From the NCBI RefSeq assembly GCF_037042905.1, contig NC_087249.1, forward strand, positions 15,872,001-15,936,000: a stretch of DNA of 64,000 bases. The letters run 5' to 3'. Shown here piece after piece: positions 53,911 through 61,452 of this stretch. The notes under the pieces were generated by a model that made no database searches, was not told the DNA's origin, and saw nothing but the letters and a program-made list of their open reading frames with translations. The DNA comes from Lytechinus pictus. Taxonomy: Eukaryota. The position numbers were made by a program, and so were the translations under genes. Position 1 is the first letter of the stretch. Each line of letters starts with the position of its first letter.

Positions 53911-56900
53911 TGTCAATTTTTTTGGCGGACGGTTTTGCCCCCCCCTGTGGAAAATCCTAGGTACGCCACTGCTTGTGATATACAAATTAAAAATATGGTT
54001 TTAAGATATATTAATGCCAAAGTGCGCAATGTCATCCAATTAGAACATCGTCTGAATATAAATCCTCAAACGGTCCCAGATTCTCAACCAAAAATTCAGA
54101 CTTATTATCAACTTTTGATGCGTATGCTTACCCTCCAGTAGCGAGGTTCATCTGTGCAATGTTCTTATCTATCAGAAAATACAAGTGCGAGTGCCTTACT
54201 TGTACAAGTTGGGAGGGATCCATTGAGTTGTCCATCATCCCCAATCTTGCAATATCGTCCCCTTCGAGTCGATATCCCTCTGCACATTCAAATGTACATT
54301 CCGTCGACCAATCAACAATTGAGTCCGAGTCACACGATCCGTTTACAGGCGAAGAATAGTTCCAAACAGGACACGCAATGGCTGAAAATATTCCCAAAAA
54401 AATTGTAGCAGATCTAATCATTCGCTTTTTAATGTTCGATCCTTCTGTAAGGGCACATGCAAAATTTATTTCTTTTAACACTAGAAAGCTAAATAGGCTC
54501 ACGGTCTCCTTGAATAACCTTGGCCAAGATCTTGAAATAAACTCTACATGTTACTGACAACAATTGTCATATTTCAACCAACTTGTTCGTGGGTTGAAGA
54601 AAAAAATATGAGAGTCGTTGTATTTTTTTGTAATTTCTGTTATTTCTTACTCTTCGATTGTCCTGCATCACAATTAAGCCACCGGTTTTTTTTCCATTAT
54701 GCCTATATGACCCAAATTCATCTCACACCACCTTTCTGACATCAATTTTCTAATTAGCCTTGTGTTAATTATATATCATATTTATATTACTTTATGTTTG
54801 TGTGCACAAAATACCGTCCATGTCAGATTATTGGAAAGGTCACGGCAACGCGACAGGACCTTTCATTAGTAAGGTGCCCTGGATGTACAGCCTAACGTAC
54901 TCCGACTTCTTCTTTGCATTGACGCCTCCAGGCGACAATGCTCTGTTGTTGTTCCGTATTCCTATTCCGCCTTCTTCTTCTTTGCATTGACGCCTACAGG
55001 CGACAATGCTCTGTTGTTGTTCCGTATTCCTATTCCGTCGTCTTCTCCTTCTGTCTTCTTCTGTCTGCTTCTTCCAAAAAATCCCAATTCGTTTAACACG
55101 TAGTTTTTGTTAGCTCTGCCCTGGCTCCGTCCCTCGTCCAAATTTATCCAAATTTGAGAGATATGTTGTCCAGCATCATTAGTTGTGCACCTCGTCTTCC
55201 ATTTTCCAAAATCACTCATGCATGACCATCCAGGCGCCATTTTGTAAATTTCAAGTCCATTTGCATACCATTCCTAATCCCGTCCTAACTCCCTTATCCT
55301 GCATGCTACATACTTCTAACAAATTGCAATAGATTGGTTAAGAGTTGCTCGTTCATATAAAAACTACGATTGCCCTTCAAAATGCCGTCTATTTGCCCTA
55401 AATTCAAATCCAAGATAGTTTACGTTCAAAATGTTCATATTTATTGAAATGCAAAGTAGCAAAATCGTAAAATAACCATAACTTCCTTGTTTTTATTCAT
55501 TTCCGTCTCATATTTTCATGGTTCACTAATGGTACCATCCTTCACAATTCAACAAAAATTTTACGCATCAGTGACCATTCAATTTACAAATAGTGCCCTC
55601 TATTGCAAAGTCAACAAATAGTAAAATGACAATAACTTTGTTGTTATCATTCATTTCGGTTTCATATTTTTAGGGCTGGTTTATGGTATCATCCTTCACA
55701 ATTCAACAAATTTTTACGCATCAGTGACCATTAAATTTACAAATAGCGCCCTCTATTGCAAAGTCAACAAATAGTAAAATGACAATAACTTTGTTATCAT
55801 TCATTTCGGTCTTGTATTTTCAGGGCTGGCTTATGATCATTCTTCATAATCCATATGCTTTTTACGCATCAGTAACCATTAAATTTTCAAATAGCGCCCT
55901 CTATTGCAAAGTCAACAAATAGTAAAATGACAATTACTTTGTTGTTATCATTCATTTCTGTCTCATATTTTGAGGGTATGCTAATTGTATCATTCCTCGT
56001 ATAAATCCATATGTTTTTACGCATCAGTGACCATTACCTTTAAGAAATAGCGCCCTCTATTGAAAAGTTGAAAATAGTAAAATGGCCATAACTTCCTAGT
56101 TTTCAATCATTATGGTCTCATATATTCAGAGTTTGTTAGAGGTACCGTCCCTGATAATTCGAACGTTTTCTTACGCATCAGTGACCATTACCTTAATAAA
56201 TAGCGCCCTCTATTGCAATAGTGAAATTGCTCTAACTTTCTTGTTTTTATACATTTTGGTGTCATATTTTCAGGGTTTGCCTATGGTATCATCCCTCATA
56301 TAGAAAATGGTTTTAACACATCAGTGGTCATTACCTTAATACATAGTGCCCTCTATTGAAAAGTTGAAAATATTAAAATGACAATAACTTCCTTGTTTTT
56401 ATTCATTTGGGTCTGATATTTTTAGGGTTTGCTAATGAAAACATTCTTCATGATTCATTTTTTTACGCATCAGTGACCATTACCTTTAGAAATAGCGCCC
56501 TCTATTGAAAAGTCTCAAAATTGAAAATTGCCCTACCTTCATCGTTTTCAACCATTTTGGTCTCATGTTCTCAGGGTTCGCTTATGGTAACATCTTTCAT
56601 AATTCACTGGTTCGTTACGCATCAGTGACCATTACCTTAATAAATAGCGCCCTCTATTGCAAAGTCGAAAAATAGTAACATGGCTCTAACTTTCTTGTTT
56701 TTATAGATTTGTGTCATATTTTCAGGGTTTGCTTATGGTATCATCCCTAAAATGCCAAATGTTTTTGTATGCATCAGTGACCATAACTTTTAGAAATAGC
56801 GCCCTCTATTGCAAAGTCGGAAAATAGTAAAATTGCCATAACTTTGTTATCATTCATTTCGGTCTTGTATTTTCAGGGCTGGCTTATGATCATTCTTCAT

Positions 56901-58695
56901 AATCCATATGCTTTTTACGCATCAGTAACCATTAAATTTTCAAATAGCGCCCTCTAATATTTTGAAAATGTAAATCATCTATAGTTTTCTCTCTACCTCC
57001 TTCTGTTTCTTGCCCTCTATTAAATCACAGACGTCAATGCATGTACATCGTTCTGATACGATTGCAGTTCTAGTCTTCTTCTTCTTCGTCTTCTTCCCTG
57101 AGTACAGACCACCTTCTGGTATATATTCAGGACTATGAGGTGACCTAACAAGTGCAATACACTGGGTGGACACCCTACTCTTTGACGAACATTTGCGTCC
57201 TTTCCTATCTAAGCGACCGGGCTACGCCGCCTCCTTTACCATGAAAAATTGGTCACTGTCACCCCCCCCCCTCCCATTATCAACGAATTGCATGAAGAAC
57301 GCATAATGGAGATCAACTCTCTTTTTTATTCATTTCAATACTTACTAATTAGTATTTTACAAGAGTGGATACACCCTTAGACCTTGAAAATACGATTTTT
57401 TTTCAATCTCTTTAAAGCTAACACCACTATTATTAAATAATTTCGAAAAAATTTAACACATATGTAAACTAATGAAGAATGTTCTGAGACTCTCTCGCTT
57501 GCCTTTATCGGATTTTGGTTTCATATTGAAAGCGCTTTTTTTTTCTTACCAAATCCTACAATCAGTAAATTTCATTATTTACTTACTTTCACATCCAATC
57601 TCGTCAGATAACAAACCATTCGACATGCATTGCACAGATGAATTCCCAACGAGATTGTACCCAGTAGGACAGCTAAATTCACATCGTGTATTCTCGGGTA
57701 TGGTTGTTCCTGAGGGACACAGACTGTTGGTATTATTCAATGGTGAACAGTAGTCAACCGGACAAAATACATCTGTATAATTAGATGGATAGATCATTAC
57801 AAATTGAGTACATCGTAACTTAAATAAAAGCATGCTGAAATGTTGAAAAGAGTCATATACATGTAATACAAAAAATATAATATATATATCTGCCCTTTTC
57901 CAAAATAACATACAATGTTCAATTTTTCGCTTTCAAGCAAAATAATTTGGCAAAAAAATTACAACAGTAATTGATTACTTCTGTCAAGCCTTGAGTGATA
58001 AGTGGCGAATGAACGAGCACACAAATACCACAATGTCACTCATAGAAAGAATAAGAGCTACAGATGCTATCAAACTTTTTTTATGACCCCCCCCCCCAAA
58101 AAAAAAATTAATAATAATAATAATAATCATAATAATAAATAAAGAATAAAATAAAATAACAACCCACACACAACGTCTCGAGGCAATTTTGATTTTATAT
58201 TCGGCTTTGGTAACCCTGATTTGATTTGTTTTATTTCGACAAGGTGCAATATACACACAATACAATACAAAGAATAGCTGAGCTCAAGAATTAAGATCGA
58301 TTTGAAACGTTGATGTTTTATTATTATCCATGACGTTTAGCTGAAAAAGATTTTTAATTTTTTCGAACACAAATAGGTGGCAAACATTTTAAAGAGGTTG
58401 TGATCATGTCATTTGTAAATGGACACACCCGCCGCTCAACCAACAGCGGTCAGTGCATGTTAACAATCGATTTCAACGATGGTAAAGTATCTAAACGCCT
58501 TCCTGGCATAGCGATATACTGTGAAATTCATATTATTCAAAATTGCAAGGACACGTAAAGGAAAGAATTTCAAGCTTTTCAGTGCTTACCTTGGGGAGGG
58601 GTAGGAACAATGCCCCGTCGTCGCCGCCGCCTTGCCGAAGCCTCTGAACCATGATGATAACAATAACACAAACAACCGTGATTAATCTTCGTCAT
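27070..58695 (-). CDS. Multi-exon gene (about 27 exons): Sushi/CCP x14 - EGF/EB-like x4 - SEA - EGF_CA - TM - Tyr-motif tail, type I membrane glycoprotein
   Basis: Exons are bounded by AG/GT sites with compatible phases and translate into recognisable domains in a sensible order. Three or four indels interrupt the frame in this assembly. Confidence 0.88.
28092..28663. mobile_element. CCCGGG-ended MITE nested in L2
   Basis: Inverted ends ACTTCCATTGACG..GATACAATGCGCGACC / GGTCGCGCATGGTATCCGTCAATGTAAGT. It interrupts AFVSS|HLDYC. Confidence 0.75.
28793..29750 (+). mobile_element. Helentron/HINE-like element with internal ~162-bp tandem array
   Basis: Subterminal IR GTCTCACCTGCAT / ATGCAGGTGAGAC, (GGC)n microsatellite, about 5 repeat units, T-rich ends. 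Confidence 0.7.
30317..31365. mobile_element. TIR element with 3-bp TSD (Academ-like)
   Basis: GCC|CAGTCAGT...ACTGACTG|GCC. Removing it restores L2 AVDRGEEAVLILLD. Confidence 0.75.
32398..32680. mobile_element. MITE ending 6 nt from an exon donor
   Basis: Imperfect inverted ends GGAAAGAACGG / CCGTTTCCGGTAGGG; internal CACACTGTG repeats. Confidence 0.5.
32687..32842 (-). CDS. Cytoplasmic exon
   Basis: LSYRKESSQSDVYYLYPGSSGNSSIKTGYSHRSRNPVSTNRRSVSSAIYNKA|gtaagt; 156 nt, phase 0-0. Confidence 0.75.
33212..33287 (-). CDS. Possible cytoplasmic exon (frame uncertain)
   Basis: acag|VDSNITESAPPAFRNLTLADSKHTH g|gtatag; 76 nt, so out of phase with the next exon. Confidence 0.4.
33526..33713 (-). CDS. 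Transmembrane exon
   Basis: VALIAGLVPGLGIVLVVIFTCACVTFF followed by basic stop-transfer RSQRKK; CAGCAG tandem acceptor. Confidence 0.88.
33951..34531. mobile_element. Kolobok-like MITE
   Basis: TTAA|AGGTCAAGTCCACCCCA...TGGGGTGGACTTGTCCT|TTAA. A degraded relative lies at about 18290-18755. Confidence 0.8.
34835..34873 (-). CDS. 39-nt stalk micro-exon
   Basis: tctttttcttcccctag|ASPSDPDETRSDI|gtgag; phase 1-1. Confidence 0.75.
35536..35694 (-). CDS. Calcium-binding EGF exon
   Basis: EITEVDECADGSHDCDTNALCINTDPGLGFGCLCNEGYDDLYPASLPGRYCFL; 159 nt. Confidence 0.9.
36000..37545 (-). mobile_element. 5'-truncated L2-clade LINE with (AAT)n tail
   Basis: LQKCISDIRNRMTVNKLKLNDTKTEF, LVFKSLNKQAPQYL and GDRTF..WNKLP; 3' stem GCGCTTT..AAAGCGC; MITE inserted at about 36399-36942. 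Confidence 0.88.
37868..38099 (-). CDS. SEA domain exon 2
   Basis: IPRVLKARGVGGVITSVVLGYFNGSLGVDSAV...SLRINMASLNVA; phase 0-1; GS-x-x-V motif. Confidence 0.85.
39249..39376 (-). CDS. SEA domain exon 1
   Basis: ASRLLRISYILLAINGVQVNFDAAYRDPQSAEYIAGAEVIRYV (F...L/Y.DP.S.EY pattern); phase 1-0. Confidence 0.85.
40015..40131 (-). CDS. EGF/EB-like exon
   Basis: ESCSQSCVLEQERCVISSCRCRTTWFRREIGNGVSRCSK; ccag|..|gtgag; 117 nt. Confidence 0.85.
40633..40734 (-). CDS. EGF/EB-like exon
   Basis: DLRCNDVVCEDTQTCFQGVCVCQDGRAPVNGVCE; 102 nt, phase 1-1. Confidence 0.85.
41066..41188 (-). CDS. EGF exon
   Basis: GTPTIACQIDSCMNGGTCNQEPTTFTCTCPSGFTGMMCQN; 123 nt, phase 1-1. Confidence 0.9.
41743..41871 (-). 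CDS. EGF-like exon
   Basis: INKCSTLPCSADANSFCVNRLGTFQCSCYEGYENSIENPQCS; 129 nt, phase 1-1. Confidence 0.9.
41992..42962. mobile_element. Tc1/mariner-like MITE
   Basis: TA|CCGTGCGTATAAAAAAAAAGTTTACACTTTGAAAAA...GTGTAAACTTTTTTTTGATACGCACTG|TA. Confidence 0.8.
43605..43787 (-). CDS. CCP exon 14 (divergent type, like CCP exon 1)
   Basis: LCEVDYISPLTNINSACPAGTKITENTECDFSCPTGYNLVGNSTVYCMANGLLSDQIGCE; 183 nt; AG/GT. Confidence 0.9.
44176..45114. mobile_element. hAT-like non-autonomous element on an exon-intron junction
   Basis: TIR CAG(A/G)GGCGTCGATCC; 8-bp TSD CTTACTGG; spans the N gap. Confidence 0.85.
44881..45032. other. Assembly gap (N run)
   Basis: 152 Ns. Confidence 1.
45120..45302 (-). 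CDS. CCP exon 13
   Basis: IICPVWEYTLPLNGSCDSKSNVDWPTECRFGCAEGYLLEGDDIARCGVGGQLTGSLPHCT; 183 nt. Confidence 0.9.
45376..46947. mobile_element. GGGC-ended TIR element (Sola2-like)
   Basis: GGGCAATTCCATAAA / TTTATGGGACTGCCC. It interrupts intron sequence that is contiguous in sister repeats; no clear TSD. Confidence 0.55.
47105..47288 (-). CDS. CCP exon 12 (184 nt, +1 frameshift near 47115)
   Basis: IPCPVGNYIPPLNGSCDSNSSVDWPTICRFECAPGYVLEGGDIVMCGLGGRFNGSLP, then an extra A (CCAAAGT versus CCAAGT). Confidence 0.8.
47725..47907 (-). CDS. CCP exon 11
   Basis: IICPVWDYTWPLTGSCDSNSSVDWSLECRFECAEGYLFEGSDTARCGLSGELNGSIPDCN; 183 nt. Confidence 0.9.
47958..48528. mobile_element. Kolobok-like MITE
   Basis: TTAA TSDs; imperfect TIRs AG..TTTCACTTTGT / ACAAAGTGAAA..CT. 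Confidence 0.65.
48896..49078 (-). CDS. CCP exon 10
   Basis: ITCPVPNYTTPLNGSCDSNSSVDWSTECRFECAEGYLLEGDDTVMCGLGGQFNGSLPSCT; 183 nt; not in the ORF track. Confidence 0.9.
49496..49537 (-). pseudogene. Truncated CCP exon remnant (3' 42 nt only)
   Basis: LSGELNVSLPYCN followed by GTAAG, homologous to the end of CCP exon 11. Confidence 0.7.
49813..49995 (-). CDS. CCP exon 9
   Basis: ITCPVWEYTWPLNGSCDSNSNVDWSTECRFECAEGYLLDGDDTASCGDDRQLNGSLPRCN; 183 nt. Confidence 0.9.
50478..50660 (-). CDS. CCP exon 8
   Basis: ITCPVWEYTWPLNGSC...CGESGRLNRSLPTCT; 183 nt; AG/GT. Confidence 0.9.
50916..51098 (-). CDS. CCP exon 7
   Basis: ITCSVPNYNTPLNGSC...DHATRCGDDGQFNGSLPSCT; 183 nt; AG/GT. Confidence 0.9.
51519..51701 (-). 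CDS. CCP exon 6 (chimeric)
   Basis: ITCPVWEYTWPLNGSCDSNSSVDWPTECRFECTEGYRLEGDDIARCGDDGRLNGSLPTCT; 183 nt; donor GTAGGC. Confidence 0.88.
52190..52372 (-). CDS. CCP exon 5
   Basis: ITCPVWEYSWPLNGSC...CGESGRLNRSLPTCT; 183 nt; donor GTACGG. Confidence 0.88.
52627..52809 (-). CDS. CCP exon 4
   Basis: Near-identical to CCP exons 3 and 7; 183 nt; AG/GT. Confidence 0.9.
53239..53421 (-). CDS. CCP exon 3
   Basis: ITCSVPNYNTPLNGSCDSNSSVDWSTECRFECAEGYLLEGDLATRCGDDGQFNGSLPSCT; 183 nt; AG/GT. Confidence 0.9.
53629..53971. mobile_element. hAT-like MITE
   Basis: 8-bp TSD CTTGTGAT; TIR CACTAGCGTACCTA / TAGGTACGCCACTG. Confidence 0.85.
54200..54381 (-). CDS. CCP exon 2 (182 nt, 1-bp deletion frameshift near 54243)
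   Basis: IACPVWNYSSPVNGSCDSDSIVDWSTECTFECAEGYRLEGDDIAR, then shifts. Reads TTGGGG where sister exons have TGTGGGG. Confidence 0.8.
54905..57076 (+). mobile_element. Helitron/Helentron-like element with ~150-bp x10 satellite
   Basis: IR GCATTGACG / CGTCAATGC, 3' hairpin and CTAG end, duplicated 68-bp head, array at about 55450-56960. Confidence 0.7.
57587..57772 (-). CDS. CCP/Sushi exon 1 (divergent type, 7 Cys)
   Basis: DVFCPVDYCSPLNNTNSLCPSGTTIPENTRCEFSCPTGYNLVGNSSVQCMSNGLLSDEIGCE; acag|..|gtaag; 186 nt, phase 1-1. Confidence 0.9.
58590..58695 (-). CDS. Putative first coding exon (leader, ...GSEASARRRRRRGIVPTPPQ)
   Basis: ATG at 58695 and strong donor CAAG|GTAAGC. It ends in phase 1, in frame with the first CCP exon. 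The hydrophobic stretch LITVVCVIVIIMV lies in the +1 frame. Confidence 0.65.
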
Positions 58696-59293
58696 TTTAT
58701 AATTTCGAGGATATTTTTCAAAAGATATATCAAATATAAATTCTCCTCATTTTAAACTAGCCTACAACATAAATCCATAACAAAACCCAGAGAGAAATAA
58801 ACTAGAGAAAAACTGACATTCAATTGGCAATGGCGACGAGTTGGGTGGTCTGTTAGAGAAAATACAATAAAATGAAGACTTTAAAGTATATAACTTTTAT
58901 TGTCTCGGATATAAAAAATACGAAATAGGGCGAATAACTAAACAGAACAATCGAAAAACCCACAGTGATCATGGAATTTGCATTTGCATATTTTGATAAC
59001 GTCATAAAACGCAAAGTAGTAATTGAGTGTTTTGACACCATTTTGATGATGTCATAAAATACCTAAATATCAATAATCTACTATTTTGATATTCTACTGT
59101 GTTTTGAATGAAAAAATGGGGGTCCTATTTTCGTTAAAATGCACGCGAGACAGTCTTTCTTCTGTGCTTCATTTCCTTCGTGGAAGTTAGTCGTAGAACG
59201 TTGAAAGCTGAATAACGTAAAACAATGTTGATAACTAAATGATTAATATAATACTATGACTTTCTATGATACATAATTAAGTTTGCCCCCCCC

Positions 59294-59329
<36 letters not shown>

Positions 59330-59334
59330 GCATA

Positions 59335-59610
59335 TAATATTAATAATAACAGATGGGATTTGTGAAACGCTAAATCCACTCTGCAGAGTGCCAAGGCGCA
59401 TTGAAAGAAAGAAAGAAAGAAAAAGAGAAAAGTACGAATACAATGATAAATTAAGGAACAATTAAGCATTGAATAGACGCGTCTTAAGGTAGCGTTTAAA
59501 TGTGTCAATGGAAGTGCATTCACGGATAACGGGGGGGGGGATCATATAGTGAACAGGGCCAGCATGAGCAAAAGCCCGTACCCCCATGTCTTAACACGTT
59601 TGTGAACAAC
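59335..59610 (-). mobile_element. L2-like LINE 3' fragment
   Basis: RAFAHAGP..., FKRYLKTRLF, and a TTA-rich tail. Confidence 0.6.
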
Positions 59611-60250
59611 TATAAGGAACCAGAGTCGGATTATAAAATCCAGAGCACATTCATGATGCTAGAGCTGACCACAGCACAAAAGGATTAAACAAAATCCAAG
59701 AGATACCAGGCATGCTGGCTCTGTACAAGATTCTAACAAGATAATAATAGAGCTGCAGCACAGACTTACAAAGTCAAAGTAACAAAGGAGCATTCAACAA
59801 AAGTGACTAAACAGTAAACTTATATAGCAATGCACTTGCACATGAAGTGTAGTAAAAATGGCTACAGTGAATAGAGAGTTCAAGTTCAAAAAAACAAAAT
59901 GGGATATTACTTTCAAATACCAGCTTACCAGACACTCAAAATAATTTACAGTCCCACCTCCAATATCCGGATTAGTTGGGACCAGCACCAATCCGGATAA
60001 GAGAGGTCGGAATGTACCTGCTTCCTGACACAATAACAAACATATGACATAAGAAATAGTAAATAAAGTTACACACAAATTGTAAAAAATAAAAAGAAAA
60101 GCAAGAGCTATGTGGAAAGGGCCACCAACAGGCGCACACAACCACACAAAAAAAGAAGAAAAAAAAGAACACACATTGCACACAGCATCTGTTTTGCACC
60201 CCCTTAATTTTAGCACAGAACTTTTGATCCTAAACTCGAATTGATACGTA

Positions 60251-60505
60251 CACTCTAAAAAATATTGGGTAAAAGTGCTCCATGAGGGTAATTACGTTTC
60301 CAACCAACACTGGGCATTTCTTTTGGGCATTTTTATTTATCCAGTGTGATAAAAATTTTGCCCATTCTTAAGAAATTGCTGCTTATTTTTTAACCTTACT
60401 AGACAATATGCTTCCCGCATTGGGTAAAATACTGCCCGAAATTGGTTGGACACATAATTACCCTCACGGTGGTAAAAATTTTACCCAATATTTTTTTGTA
60501 CAGTG
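60251..60505. mobile_element. CACT-ended palindromic MITE (EnSpm/CACTA-like)
   Basis: TA|CACTCTAAAAAATATTGGGTAAAA...TTTTACCCAATATTTTTTTGTACAGTG|TA. Confidence 0.75.
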
Positions 60506-60779
60506 TATGGGCAATGAGTACACACTTCTTTTTGCTTTGTCCAAATTTTGCCTGAAAAAATCCAAAATCAATAGTATAACCCCCTCCTCCTCAAAAGTTA
60601 AAACCATTTTTTTTAATTTAAAGTATCCATGTGCTTTTATCGAGCATGCAGTCCAATATAAACAAAGAATGAAAAGGGAAAATCAAATACTGCGAGCAAT
60701 CATTGTTCTACAATAATCTTGATAACTCTTTTTAACGAACAAATTTTATACGTGCAGCAACACTGATTCTTGTACTGAG

Positions 60780-61110
60780 TTAATAATGATAATCCGCTTT
60801 CATATAGCGCTTAATACATCGGAACGACGCGTCTTAGCGCTTTATATATTATTACCCCGGTAATCGCTCTCGCACACAAAGTGTGCACATCCTCCACTCC
60901 CTGGGGAGTATTGAGTCGCCGGTGAGGCGCACACAGAACTGGACAAGCTACAATGACTTTCACATCCTACCGGGTACCCATTTAGCACTTGGGTCGAGAG
61001 TGGCAAAGTGTGGATTAACGCCCTGCCAAAGGACGCCAGACCGCGGTGGGATTCGAACACACGACCCTCTGTTAACAAGGCGAGAGTCAGAACCACTACA
61101 TCACGGCTCC
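60780..61110 (-). mobile_element. tRNA-derived SINE with L2-type tail
   Basis: A box TGATGTAGTGG, B box GTTCGAATCCC, core CTCGACCCAAGTGCTAAATGGGTACC, tail AAGCGCT..AAGCGCTATA + ATT repeats. Confidence 0.88.
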
Positions 61111-61452
61111 TCCACACAGTTTTACATTCATCGGTCATGCAACCAACCACTATTTACCGAATTATGTAAGCCTAATATTGCCATTTCAACAATTCCCAAT
61201 AAATTAAAACAAAATGAATAAATGAATTATGTATGAATATGTTAATGAAACAATGCAACCATTGGTCGCTCATAATGGTAATCTATTGCATTATCATACA
61301 TGTTTTGTACTTTCTTTTTCTTTTCTTTTTTTAAAGAATAATATCTTTTTTCATTGATTAACGTCAAATAAATTTCTGTCTTGAATTCCGATAATCAATA
61401 TTCGAGTGTGAACATAATTCAAATTATATCTATGTTAAAAGATGTGTGAAAT

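Noticed and set aside
47105-54381. The -1 and +1 frameshifts compensating for each other
   Set aside because: The shifted frame stops in the very next exon.
45098-54408. Plus-strand and alternate-frame ORFs over the CCP exons
   Set aside because: They are shadows of the duplicated exons. The alternate sense frame hits TGA at CTC TGA/CTG A in the exons checked.
55450-56960. CRISPR-like array of conserved motifs with variable spacers
   Set aside because: The intervening sequences are homologous to each other (a satellite), there are no cas genes, and the context is a eukaryotic intron.
61035-61110. tRNA gene
   Set aside because: The tRNA-like head runs into a SINE core and an L2-type tail, so it is a SINE.
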